From an uncultured bacterium (GTDB lineage Bacteria > Latescibacterota > UBA2968 > UBA8231), in NCBI GenBank assembly GCA_964011675.1, contig CAXGPR010000004.1:7901-71900 (forward strand): a stretch of 64,000 bases of DNA. Reading direction: 5' to 3'. Each line of letters begins with the position of its first letter. Within the stretch, counting starts at the first letter, position 1. A model generated the notes under the pieces. It was not told the origin of the DNA. It saw only the letters and a program-made list of their open reading frames with translations, and did not search any database. The position numbers were made by a program, and so were the translations under genes. Shown here in pieces: positions 9,424 through 18,907 of the stretch.

Positions 9424-10263
9424 ATGTCGACCCTTTATGTCAGCAGCGAACTAACCCCTCCCGGTGGTTTCACCGCCGGCATTGAAGGTCCTGCCTGTGA
9501 CGCCGACGGCATACTCTACGCCGTTAACTATGCCCATCAGGGAACGATTGGACGCGTCACACCCAAGGGTGACTGCAGCATCTTTGTCGAATTGCCGGAA
9601 GGGAGCACTGGCAATGGGATACGCTTTCACAGTTCCGGCGATATGCTGGTAGCCGACTACACTGGCCACAACATATTGCGTATCAAAATGCAATCCCGCA
9701 CTATTTCCGTCTATGCCCATGAACAGACCATGAATCAGCCCAACGACATTGCCATTGCCGCAAATGATACAGTGTATGCATCGGATCCTAACTGGGCTGA
9801 AAATACTGGACAAATATGGCGTATTGACGGGAACGGCCGAGCACACGTACTAGATCCAGATATGGGGACAACCAACGGCATAGAGGTTAGCCCAGATGAA
9901 AAAACGCTCTATGTAAATGAAAGTGTCCAGCGTTCAGTCTGGGCTTACGACATAGTTCCCGACGGCACCCTAGCGAACAAACGCCTGCTGATTCAGTTCC
10001 CCGACTTTAATATGGACGGAATGCGCTGTGACGTTGACGGCAATATTTACATCACGCGCCATGGAAAAGGCACTGTGGCTAAACTGTCTCCAGAGGGAGA
10101 AGTACTGCTAGAAGTCGAATTGCACGGGCAAGACCCCAGCAATATTGCCTTTGGAGGAGTAGACGGCTGCACTTGCTACGTCATGTTACAAGAAAGAGGC
10201 AATGTAGAAAGCTTCCGAGTAGAACGCCCCGGCAGAAGTTGGCGTTTATTCCATGGCACTTGA
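9424..10263 (+). CDS. SMP-30/gluconolactonase/LRE-like beta-propeller protein
   Basis: The SGL-family pattern (ACDADGILYAV..., DPNWAENTGQIWRID, DGMRCDVDGNIYI). An AGGGAGAA SD precedes the ATG. The gene is divergent from sodN. Confidence 0.75.
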   Translation: MSTLYVSSELTPPGGFTAGIEGPACDADGILYAVNYAHQGTIGRVTPKGDCSIFVELPEGSTGNGIRFHSSGDMLVADYTGHNILRIKMQSRTISVYAHEQTMNQPNDIAIAANDTVYASDPNWAENTGQIWRIDGNGRAHVLDPDMGTTNGIEVSPDEKTLYVNESVQRSVWAYDIVPDGTLANKRLLIQFPDFNMDGMRCDVDGNIYITRHGKGTVAKLSPEGEVLLEVELHGQDPSNIAFGGVDGCTCYVMLQERGNVESFRVERPGRSWRLFHGT

Positions 10264-10350
10264 ACTTAACCGCATAGAAAAGGCGGCATTTGCAATCGCG
10301 AAATAATTAAGCCGCTCTCTCTATGCTCCCGTAGTTGGGCAGTAGATTGA

Positions 10351-10998
10351 CTACTCCATCTTACTGATTTGATCTCTTACTTCGGCAGCTTCTTCGTATG
10401 CTTCCTGCGCGATAAGCCAATCTAAATGCGCCTTTAGTTTGTCCAAATCGCTTACTTCCCCATCTACCACATCTTCAGGGTCGTCTCCGGTAGACGCCAC
10501 CGGAACCGCTTTGTCTTCGTCCACAGCGCAGTCTTGTCCAACGCCCTCGCTCTCAGCCACTTCAATGACGCGGCCTACTTTTTCGATTACTTTCATGCTG
10601 AGAAACAGGGGAACACCGAGCTGTGTAGCGAGAATCATCCCATCGCTAGGCCTGCAGTCCAACGGGAACACATCTCCAGGAGCATCAATTTCCAAGCAGG
10701 CGTGAAACACTTCTTCTTCTAGCGTATGAATAATCAGCCGCTCTACCGTCGCTCCCATGTGTTCGAGAATTTGACGTAGCAAATCATGCGGCAGTGGCCG
10801 CGGCATAGCGATTTTGCGTATGGCCATAGCCAAAGCTTGCCCCTCAAACTGCCCAATCGTTATAGGCACCACGCGCTCGTCAACGTTACCTTTGAGCAGA
10901 ACAAGAAAACCTTGTGCTGCACCGACTCCTTGGTGAACATCGGGGTAAGGATAAATATCGAAAATCGATACGGGAACTATGTCGTTGTCGTTTTCCAT
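10351..10998 (-). CDS. Bifunctional nuclease (BFN/DUF151) family protein with a C-terminal UVR domain
   Basis: A DUF151-like core followed by an acidic linker and a UvrB/UvrC-type motif (LKAHLDWLIAQEAYEEAAEVRDQI). Confidence 0.7.
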   Translation of the reverse strand: MENDNDIVPVSIFDIYPYPDVHQGVGAAQGFLVLLKGNVDERVVPITIGQFEGQALAMAIRKIAMPRPLPHDLLRQILEHMGATVERLIIHTLEEEVFHACLEIDAPGDVFPLDCRPSDGMILATQLGVPLFLSMKVIEKVGRVIEVAESEGVGQDCAVDEDKAVPVASTGDDPEDVVDGEVSDLDKLKAHLDWLIAQEAYEEAAEVRDQISKME

Positions 10999-11492
10999 AG
11001 ATGTGTTGGTGAGGGCGTTGGAATAGCCATTCTACAGTAATATACTCCTTCAAAGCCAACGAGCAAGAAATCTACATGAGTCCGTGCTCTTTCGTATCAA
11101 GCAAAAAGTCCTCGTGAAGTATGATACGATCCAAAAAGTCAATCCCCATTATGCAAACCACATGAACAAAACGTCGTATTAACTGTATATCATCATGGCG
11201 CGGCGATATGTAGCCATATGAGTTGGTTGTGCGCGAAAACAATACCGGCTGCAACAGGCTTAACCACAGGATGAAAAACCTCGCCTGTAAATGCTACAAA
11301 AAATAGCAGGCTGACAATAGATATGACTTCACCGTGTATCACCTAGTTTCGCATGTTGAGATACAGGTCGTTCAACAGCACACGCCGTGTAACTTTCTTG
11401 CCATCGTACAAATGGCCATCTATATTCTTTCCTTGCTCTCCGATTTATTTATCAACGCTTCATCTATTCTCAACCCAAAAAGCATAGAGTGG

Positions 11493-13034
11493 ATGGAAAC
11501 ACCCTTCTTTACTCGCTGTTTTCTGCCAGCACTTAGTGGCATCTTATTAGCACTATCTTTTCCCGGTCCACCGCTACAGTTTCTCGCCTTTTTTTATCAT
11601 CCTCAGTGGGCCTATGTGGGATTCCTACCTCTATTCTTTGCCCTACAGAATAGCCAAAGCAGGCATATCTTGTATAGCGGTTGGCTCTCTGGTTTTACCT
11701 TTAACCTCCTGTGCTTATACTGGGTGGCCTACACACAGGGTGGAGGCCCCGCTGTTGTTGGTGGCACGCTGCTACTAGCCGCTTATTTGGGACTATTTGT
11801 TGCGGTTTGGTCTTTGGCCATTCATAAGATAGTTGCCCGCTGGGGCCTATTCGGCTGGCTCGCAGCCCCGACACTCTGGACCGCACAGGAATATGCGCTT
11901 TCTTTGGGTGAGCTAGGATTTCCCTGGCTACTGCTGGGTCACGCCCAGTCGGGACAAACAACCTTTGTTCAGTTTGCCTCCATAACCGGCGTATACGGCG
12001 TCTCCTTTTGGGTGGTCCTGATTAATGTGCTGCTTTTCTTGCTCTGCTATACACGAGGCATTCAACGCGCAGTCCTCGGTATGGCACTGGTTGCCTCCTT
12101 TGTATTTCCCTGGATACACGCGCATAACGTAATAGACCGTAAAACGCCCACGCGGTCACTACGCGTTGCACTGATTCAACCCAATATAAGTCTGGAGGAA
12201 AAGTGGGGACGCGGAGGTCTAGAACGCAGCTTAGACCGCCTTGCACACCTCTCTTATGGGACCGCTGCAGAGCTGCCTGAGCTCATTGTATGGCCCGAAA
12301 CTGCTCTCCCCTGCTATCTGGCTCTTACAGATGACTGTCGTCGCCAAACAGCGGCCTTCGTCAATGAGATAAACATTCCCCTGTTGACCGGTGCATCACA
12401 CTACGATAGAGTACTCCAACAACCGTATAATGCTGCTTTTTTCTTGCAACCGAACCAGATTGAAATACCTCATTATGCCAAAATGCACTTAGTCCCTTTC
12501 GGGGAAAGGACCCCTTATCGCGACCGCATTCCGTTCCTAGGGCAAATTGATTGGACCCAGTTAACGGGTGATCTTGGCCCAGCCGAATTTGCACCTGGCC
12601 GCAGGCGAACTATTTTTTCACATGAGCGTGCTAATTTTGCCGTGCTGATATGCTTCGAATCCGTATTTCCCGACCTAGTCCGGCGGCACGTGCTAGCAGG
12701 AGCACAAGTGCTTATTAATATCACCAACGACTCTTGGTTTGGGCGCAGCGCGGGCCCATATCAACACGCGCTGCTCAACGCTATGCGAGCCATAGAAAAC
12801 CGCGTGGCAATTGCACGCAGCGCTACGAGCGGACAATCGCTCTTCATCGACCGATTTGGACGCCGCTACCAAATGAGTGAAATCTTCACCGAGGCCGCAC
12901 TTGTTGGTAACGTATCTGTGGCACAGAGTGGATCTTTTTACAGTCGTAACGGAGATTTGTTCGCATACTGCTGTCTTCTGTTCTCCGCTTTTTTTCTTAT
13001 TGTATTGCGTATGAGAAATCGTGCCAACCTATGA
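11493..13034 (+). CDS. lnt: Apolipoprotein N-acyltransferase
   Basis: An N-terminal polytopic membrane domain plus a C-terminal CN-hydrolase domain (WPETALP...VPFGE...LICFES). The internal ATG at 11493 gives a typical Lnt length (514 aa); the ORF-track start at 11334 adds an implausible 53 aa. Confidence 0.8.
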   Translation: METPFFTRCFLPALSGILLALSFPGPPLQFLAFFYHPQWAYVGFLPLFFALQNSQSRHILYSGWLSGFTFNLLCLYWVAYTQGGGPAVVGGTLLLAAYLGLFVAVWSLAIHKIVARWGLFGWLAAPTLWTAQEYALSLGELGFPWLLLGHAQSGQTTFVQFASITGVYGVSFWVVLINVLLFLLCYTRGIQRAVLGMALVASFVFPWIHAHNVIDRKTPTRSLRVALIQPNISLEEKWGRGGLERSLDRLAHLSYGTAAELPELIVWPETALPCYLALTDDCRRQTAAFVNEINIPLLTGASHYDRVLQQPYNAAFFLQPNQIEIPHYAKMHLVPFGERTPYRDRIPFLGQIDWTQLTGDLGPAEFAPGRRRTIFSHERANFAVLICFESVFPDLVRRHVLAGAQVLINITNDSWFGRSAGPYQHALLNAMRAIENRVAIARSATSGQSLFIDRFGRRYQMSEIFTEAALVGNVSVAQSGSFYSRNGDLFAYCCLLFSAFFLIVLRMRNRANL

Positions 13035-13963
13035 ACGATAAAAGCTCTTATCCTGTCGAAATGGACGCAGAAGATCGCTCCCTACAGCCTTCAGGATCGG
13101 GCGAAATGGCGTTCCTGGATCACCTTGAAGAACTGCGCTGGCGTATTCTTCGCTCGCTGATCGCCATTCTACTGGGTGCCATTGTGTGCTTCGCCCTATC
13201 TGATAGCGTAATGAAGCTGTTGATAAAACCCTATGAAGAAGCCGTGCTAAGCTTGGAGAATCAGCGATCACCGGGCGTTGTATCTGCTATCCAATCTCTG
13301 GTCGGCAGTTGGCTTGGCACGCAGCAGGAAGTATTAGGTCCTACGTCTGACGTCGACGAAATACCCCCTGCGCGGCGCCTGCAGGCCCTGCGCCCAATGA
13401 CTTATTTTTTCATCAACTTGCAGATCGCTTTTATGAGCGGATTCGTATTGGCTTTACCCTATTTGCTCCTTCAGGCCTGGCAATTTATAGCGCCCGGCTT
13501 GCTGCGTACGGAAAAACGCTTAGCGTTGCCTATCTTATCTCTAAGCGTGTTATGTTTCGCGATTGGAGCACTGATCGCCTACCTACTAGTACTCCCAATG
13601 GGCCTGCGTTTCTTTCTTGCCCTCGAACCGCCAGATATGACGTCTCAGTGGTCTGCCGACGAGTATATCAGCTTTGTTCTCCGTCTTATTTTTGGCTTTG
13701 GCCTAGTATTTGAAATGCCCGTAATGGCCCTTTTCCTGTCCAAGGTTGGCGTCCTCACAGCCGAAACGATGCGTCGCATTAGGCGATATGCAATCGTCGT
13801 CATATTCGTCCTAGCCGCAATTATTACGCCCCCAGATCCCGTATCACAACTCATGATGGCTCTTCCACTACTCTTGCTTTACGAACTCAGCATATGGATC
13901 TGCAAGGTCACTGCTAAAGAGGGCAAAGCGCTAGAAAACAATCTGGAAAAACGCGATCCGTAA
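13031..13963 (+). CDS. tatC: Twin-arginine translocase subunit TatC, with an enlarged first periplasmic loop
   Basis: The FLDHLEELRWRIL motif and six TM helices. It overlaps the lnt stop by ATGA, indicating translational coupling. Confidence 0.85.
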   Translation: MNDKSSYPVEMDAEDRSLQPSGSGEMAFLDHLEELRWRILRSLIAILLGAIVCFALSDSVMKLLIKPYEEAVLSLENQRSPGVVSAIQSLVGSWLGTQQEVLGPTSDVDEIPPARRLQALRPMTYFFINLQIAFMSGFVLALPYLLLQAWQFIAPGLLRTEKRLALPILSLSVLCFAIGALIAYLLVLPMGLRFFLALEPPDMTSQWSADEYISFVLRLIFGFGLVFEMPVMALFLSKVGVLTAETMRRIRRYAIVVIFVLAAIITPPDPVSQLMMALPLLLLYELSIWICKVTAKEGKALENNLEKRDP

Positions 13964-13987
13964 GAACGCAAAAGAAGCGATGGGCAG

Positions 13988-14848
13988 CTAGAACGCCCGT
14001 CCCAGCCCGATGTAAGTCCGCACGTGACTCATATCAACGGAAGGTCCCCATTTGACAATGCGCTGCAACCCCGTCTCTGCAACAAACGTCCAGCGACCCG
14101 GGATCTGTAAACCTGCTGTCAGGTTAAAACCCAGTTTATTAGCCGAATCATCGCTCGTGCCGGGCGCATCTATGCTCAGTTGATGTAGACCCATTCCGAC
14201 TCCTATATACAGTCCAGACCGATTGTGTTCACTCAGCAAGCGATGCATGTCGAATTCGATAGCCAAATCATCCACCTCTCCAACCGCACTGGTTCGATAC
14301 GTGAAGTTAAGGCGCCATCGATTCTGCAACACTTGACCCAGACGAACACCGAAACCCAAACCGTTTCCTGAACGAGCTTCCATAAGCAGACTATTCTGCG
14401 CGTTCCAACGCAAATCTGTGCTACGCCCCCATTCGCCTCCTATCATAAACAGGATAGATCGCTTTCCAAAGACACCCTTTTCCTGTTCCGACTCGCTTTG
14501 ATATTCGCGTTCGGAGAGCTCCGCATGCGCCTGTTCTGCCATTATTTGCCAATCTCGCTCTGAGAACGCGCGCTGCAGAACTTGTATAGTTTCCCCAAGT
14601 TTTACATACGTGATCTCTCCGATGCTGAACGCACTATCTACGCGCACAATCTCCACCTCGGCTACCTGCGCAAAATGCTCACCGTGCTCACGCAGCAGCA
14701 GGTAGACATCGCCTTTTTGAGCACCTGCCTGTTGACCAGCATCAATATAAACCAACGTTGGAGTCACTTTTATCACGTAGTGCACTTCTTCAGCTTGCAC
14801 CATCATGGCCAGACCGAACAGGCTGATAGCCAGTACTATTCTTCTCAT
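13988..14848 (-). CDS. Outer-membrane protein: a periplasmic N-terminal beta-domain plus a small C-terminal beta-barrel ending in F
   Basis: A signal peptide (MRRIVLAISLFGLAMMVQA). Alternating amphipathic strands, glycine-rich turns and a C-terminal GLGRAF are typical of an 8-10 strand OMP barrel. Its start overlaps the upstream gene's stop (ATGA). Confidence 0.55.
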   Translation of the reverse strand: MRRIVLAISLFGLAMMVQAEEVHYVIKVTPTLVYIDAGQQAGAQKGDVYLLLREHGEHFAQVAEVEIVRVDSAFSIGEITYVKLGETIQVLQRAFSERDWQIMAEQAHAELSEREYQSESEQEKGVFGKRSILFMIGGEWGRSTDLRWNAQNSLLMEARSGNGLGFGVRLGQVLQNRWRLNFTYRTSAVGEVDDLAIEFDMHRLLSEHNRSGLYIGVGMGLHQLSIDAPGTSDDSANKLGFNLTAGLQIPGRWTFVAETGLQRIVKWGPSVDMSHVRTYIGLGRAF

Positions 14849-15876
14849 CGCGCCCTGTATTCCCTGTCTGATTCGTCATCATCGAAATCAACGTCATACT
14901 CTTCGATGAAATCGTCGTCGTCTTCTGCAAAATCCTGATCTATATCCTCTAAACCATCCATCACATCATCGTAGCGGCGCTTTATAAAAAATATAACGAT
15001 ACCCGTCAGCGCTATGATACCAACTGCAATGACACTGATGCCCAACGTATAATCCAAGGCGTCGGATAGGTAACCGATATACCAATCTGTCTCCCCGTTT
15101 TCGCTTTCTACGTCGACGAGATTATCCTCAAGTAAGGTAGGTTCTTCGAGCTGCTCCAGATGCAGTGAGTCGCGCTCCACGCTGATCAAGACCGTTTTGC
15201 CCACAACTTGTAAGCGCACATCCGTATCTTCGCTGTAGCGAATAGTCAACTCACGCGTATCTTCAGCTCTGTAACTTCCACTAATGACCTGCCCCAGCCG
15301 ATCGCGATCTTCTCCCTGCTGAGCTTCGAGTTCAATAAGGCGCTCATCAAGAGTAACGAGATAGGACTTAATTGCCCTCATCTCATCCCACACCTGCTGG
15401 GCAAACACCGGATAGGCGGACAGCGTTTTTTGCGACTTCTGATAGCTCTTTATATCGTTTTCCAAGCCGCGAACGCGCTCGATAAACTGCGCAACAGCTT
15501 CTGGTTCGGCACTGGCATCTCGTCGAACAGACTCAGCCTGCTCGTATTCGACTAAATCTCCTATTCGAGGCATAGAATAGGTCTTTACCAATATAGCAGT
15601 TGCCCTGTCTGCCTCTACGCTGCGCACTTCCGCCAAGCCAACCGGCTCTTGTGGAATACCTAATACTTGGCCACTGATGGGATGAATAATTTCTTCTCCC
15701 GCTCGTAGCAGAGTAACGGATGCACCCGTCTGCAACCCTCGATCCGAACCGGCTTCTATCGTCACGGAGGTCGCACCGTCATGGCGCACTGCGCTAACAT
15801 GAGTTGTCGACGGATCTGCAAAAATTGGCACTGCGCAAAAAACGATGCACAGCACTGCATAGTGTATATGGAGCAT
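14845..15876 (-). CDS. Secreted, membrane-anchored protein: periplasmic N-domain, coiled coil, one C-terminal TM helix, highly acidic cytoplasmic tail
   Basis: A signal peptide. The N-domain is paralogous to that of 13988..14848. A heptad-rich central region, the TM helix ISVIAVGIIALTGIVIFFI, and the tail DDVMDGLEDIDQDFAEDDDDFIEEYDVDFDDDESD. Confidence 0.5.
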   Translation of the reverse strand: MLHIHYAVLCIVFCAVPIFADPSTTHVSAVRHDGATSVTIEAGSDRGLQTGASVTLLRAGEEIIHPISGQVLGIPQEPVGLAEVRSVEADRATAILVKTYSMPRIGDLVEYEQAESVRRDASAEPEAVAQFIERVRGLENDIKSYQKSQKTLSAYPVFAQQVWDEMRAIKSYLVTLDERLIELEAQQGEDRDRLGQVISGSYRAEDTRELTIRYSEDTDVRLQVVGKTVLISVERDSLHLEQLEEPTLLEDNLVDVESENGETDWYIGYLSDALDYTLGISVIAVGIIALTGIVIFFIKRRYDDVMDGLEDIDQDFAEDDDDFIEEYDVDFDDDESDREYRAR

Positions 15877-15942
15877 GGGGATCTACTCTCGTTTTATTTT
15901 TTCTAGAACGGGCGCCTCGTGCCCGCTATATTATTCTACCTA

Positions 15943-16698
15943 CTACAGCTTCCGCATACCGAAAGCCAAGAGAATTTCCGTTGGCGCATCGCCACTAGGC
16001 GGCCACATCTCCCGCCCAACAAGCCCTATGCCCGGAGAGTAATACGAAGCGTAGGACATCACTTGAGCACCTTGTTCTTTGCGAAAATGCGTTACGATCT
16101 GTATGCAGTCCTTGTAGCGTGAAGATCCAGTCTCCAAGACGGTATCTCTGTTGCTGATCTGCTTCTTTATGTGCAAGCCCTGACTACGATAGACATAAGG
16201 AGTGGCCTGATTACCGTCGGCCAAAACGACGTTCACTCCGCCTTCAGGGCCCATCTCGAAGACCTTCTCACCTTCGCGATACGCAACCGTTTCGTCGTCA
16301 AAAAAGTAGACGTCACGTCCCTCGCGGCTTTCTCTGCGCACGATCCTCCGCTCAAGTTCAGTAGTTGTCCCACTGAGTGGGTCAAGACGTTGGTAAATCC
16401 AGTAACGACCTACCTCTAGCGGATAATACTCATGTTCTCCTTCTTCCGTCCTTGTCTGTTCGACCTCGGTAGCTGTTAGTCCTGCAAACTCAACTGTAGG
16501 CCGCGTTAAAGATCGCTGCTCTCCACTCTTATACCACAACCCTGCTCCTGCTAGAACGAGGCATATGCACCCCAGTATACCCATCAAATGGGTGCCCCAA
16601 TTCCCGCGCAGCTTCTTACCTTTTCTACTCAATGTCAATATGACCTCCGTTCCCTTACTATCGGAGTGACAGAGAAAACCTTTATCATAATATTGCAT
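15943..16698 (-). CDS. Hypothetical membrane-anchored (N-in, one TM) periplasmic protein
   Basis: The ATG at 16698 is preferred over the TTG at 16707. A single TM (MGILGCICLVLAGAGLWY). It lies 66 nt upstream of the two co-oriented envelope genes. Confidence 0.45.
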   Translation of the reverse strand: MQYYDKGFLCHSDSKGTEVILTLSRKGKKLRGNWGTHLMGILGCICLVLAGAGLWYKSGEQRSLTRPTVEFAGLTATEVEQTRTEEGEHEYYPLEVGRYWIYQRLDPLSGTTTELERRIVRRESREGRDVYFFDDETVAYREGEKVFEMGPEGGVNVVLADGNQATPYVYRSQGLHIKKQISNRDTVLETGSSRYKDCIQIVTHFRKEQGAQVMSYASYYSPGIGLVGREMWPPSGDAPTEILLAFGMRKL

Positions 16699-16836
16699 CT
16701 TGGCCAAGACGCTACTCGCATTAGGCAGTTCACAGACGGCATACTCACTCCAATCAAGTGCCTCCTCGCCATAAACAATACCTTTCTATATATTCTGCCT
16801 GTTTTTTGGCATGACCCATATCACAGGAGAACTACT

Positions 16837-17634
16837 ATGAGCACAAAGACGACGCGAATTGGCCTAGTGGGCTATGGCCAGATTGGCCGCGCCGTTCATC
16901 AGATGATTGATGCCAGCCCAGAAACCGGTATGCAAGTCGTATTTGTCCACGACCAGTTTGCCGGTACACTTGAAGACATACCTGAGGAGTTGGCTCTAGC
17001 CGATTTGGGAGCTTTTGAGAGCAAGGAACCGGATCTCGTAGTAGAAATGGCTCATCCCGATATAACGCGAGCTTGGGGCAAGACAATTCTAGAAAAGACG
17101 GACTACATGTTTATTTCCGTCACGGCTCTGGCCGATCGCCAGGTCGAACAAGAGATTGAAGAGACGACCCAGCGCTACGGCACGCGTGCCTTTGTCCCGC
17201 ACGGGGGCGTCGTCGGCATGGACGCCCTGTTGGAAAACCGCGACGTGTGGGAATCCGTTGACGTGATCATGAAGAAGCCTCCACACAACGTAGACTGCGC
17301 GGCCGCCGGTTTGGACCCCGACAAGATCAGCGAAGAGACAACCCTTTACGACGGGCCTACGCGCGGCATTTGTCCTCTTTTTCCTCGCAACGTCAACACT
17401 CATGCAGCAATTGCCTATGCCGGCATTGGATTTGACCAGACGCACTCCGTGCTACAGGTAGATCCAGCATGGAAAGAAGCCACGGTTGCTATCCACGCCA
17501 AAGGATCGGGAGTCGACCTACGCGTGGAGCGCATCGAAAGCATCACCGGCGTGACGGGCGCATCTACGCCAGCTTCCATCTACAATACGGTGCAAATGAT
17601 CGGTTCAACCGGTCCGGGTATCCATCTGCGATGA
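16837..17634 (+). CDS. L-aspartate dehydrogenase-like (NadX/DUF108 family) NAD(P)-binding protein
   Basis: GLVGYGQIGR is a Rossmann GxGxxG motif. The C-terminal half aligns with T. maritima NadX (AFVPHGGVVGMDAL, KKPPH, LFPRNVN). The internal ATG at 16837 has an AGGAGA SD 8 nt upstream; the ORF-track start at 16588 is rejected. Confidence 0.65.
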   Translation: MSTKTTRIGLVGYGQIGRAVHQMIDASPETGMQVVFVHDQFAGTLEDIPEELALADLGAFESKEPDLVVEMAHPDITRAWGKTILEKTDYMFISVTALADRQVEQEIEETTQRYGTRAFVPHGGVVGMDALLENRDVWESVDVIMKKPPHNVDCAAAGLDPDKISEETTLYDGPTRGICPLFPRNVNTHAAIAYAGIGFDQTHSVLQVDPAWKEATVAIHAKGSGVDLRVERIESITGVTGASTPASIYNTVQMIGSTGPGIHLR

Positions 17635-18797
17635 AACCATTTGCCGATATTCCGTCGCAGATACCTCGCTCAGGCATACGCGAGATCATGGACATGGCCT
17701 GGGCCGTTGAAAAAGAAAAGCCCGTCATTCATTTAGAAGTGGGCCAACCTGACTTTGCCACGCCCGAACACATTGTCGATGCAACCTGTCGCTACGTGCG
17801 CGAAGGACACACTAAATACGTGCCCAATGCAGGCGTAAATACGCTGCGTGAAGCGGCGGCGCGCTATTTTCATCAACGCAGCGGGATTGAGACCTCTTCG
17901 GATAATATTCTGGTGACTCCCGGTGCCGTGATGGGCATCGCTTCTGCATTTTTCTCTTTGCTAGAGCCCAGAGATGAGGTGCTATTACCCGACCCTGGAT
18001 GGCCCAACTACAACATGGCAGCTTCGCTTATCCACGCTAAGCCAGTCTTTTACGACCTGCGGGCAGACCACCAGTTTTTGCCCGATATAGACCAGATTGA
18101 CCACCTCGTCACGCCACGTACAAAGCTGCTTCTGCTGTGCACTCCCTCCAATCCAACGGGGCAGGTGTATGACGCAGAAGTGATGGGCGCGCTGATGCAG
18201 CTAGCCAATCGCCACGACCTCTGGGTGCTATCGGATGAAATCTACGCAGATATAACCTTCGGAGACGGACATATCTCCGCGCTCCAACACGATACCGACG
18301 GCCGCACGCTCATAGTGAGCGGCATGTCCAAAAGCTACGCCATGACGGGATACCGCGTAGGCTTTACGCGAGGCCCACTCGACTATATTGAACTCGCATC
18401 CAAGCTACAGGAACCGTTCGTCTCTTGCGGCACAGGCTTTTCCCAGCTGGCCTCAGCAGAGGCGCTAGACGGAGCACAAAACTGCGTTGTAGAGATGCGG
18501 GACGCCTATGCCAAACGCATGCAGATCGCCTTGGACATTCTCCGCGAATACGGCCTATACCGGTACAGTCCAGGGGGCGCAATCTATCTACTTATCGACA
18601 TTGCACCCTCCGGGTTAAATTCGCACGACTTTGCTACGCGTCTGCTGCAGGAAAAAGGTGTGGCAGTCGCTCCAGGCAGTACCTTTGGCGCCATGTGTGC
18701 GGACCACGTACGGATTTCTATCGCCGCATCAGAGGATCATATACGCCGAGGTGTCACGGGCATCTGTGAGATGATACGTGCGCTAGAAGTCGCGTAA
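17631..18797 (+). CDS. Class I/II pyridoxal-phosphate aminotransferase (aspartate aminotransferase family)
   Basis: The protein from MKPFADIPSQIPRSGIREIM shows an AspC-like fold-type I pattern (GQPDF, NPTGQ, SKSYAMTGYR) with a PLP-lysine context. Its ATG overlaps the upstream stop (ATGA). Confidence 0.8.
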   Translation: MKPFADIPSQIPRSGIREIMDMAWAVEKEKPVIHLEVGQPDFATPEHIVDATCRYVREGHTKYVPNAGVNTLREAAARYFHQRSGIETSSDNILVTPGAVMGIASAFFSLLEPRDEVLLPDPGWPNYNMAASLIHAKPVFYDLRADHQFLPDIDQIDHLVTPRTKLLLLCTPSNPTGQVYDAEVMGALMQLANRHDLWVLSDEIYADITFGDGHISALQHDTDGRTLIVSGMSKSYAMTGYRVGFTRGPLDYIELASKLQEPFVSCGTGFSQLASAEALDGAQNCVVEMRDAYAKRMQIALDILREYGLYRYSPGGAIYLLIDIAPSGLNSHDFATRLLQEKGVAVAPGSTFGAMCADHVRISIAASEDHIRRGVTGICEMIRALEVA

Positions 18798-18847
18798 GGA
18801 CAGTTCGGTTCGCGGTTTCCTGTCAAGAAAAGCAGTACGTATAAATA

Positions 18848-18879
18848 TACGGGGGCGGCGCACAAGCGCCGCCCCCGTA
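18848..18879. terminator. Bidirectional intrinsic terminator between the convergent aminotransferase and manC genes
   Basis: A perfect 14-bp GC-rich inverted repeat (TACGGGGGCGGCGC acaa GCGCCGCCCCCGTA) flanked by A/T-rich tracts on both sides. Confidence 0.8.
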
Positions 18880-18907
18880 TACATTTTCATCCGATCCAGC
18901 CCAAAAC

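Noticed and set aside
16588-16836. 83-codon extension of the NadX-like ORF, and similar TTG/GTG extensions at 17469, 23443, 11334, 51442-51522 and 8009-8092
   Set aside because: These extensions start at alternative codons picked by the longest-ORF rule. They lack homology. In each case the internal ATG is preceded by an SD-like motif or marks the start of the conserved domain.
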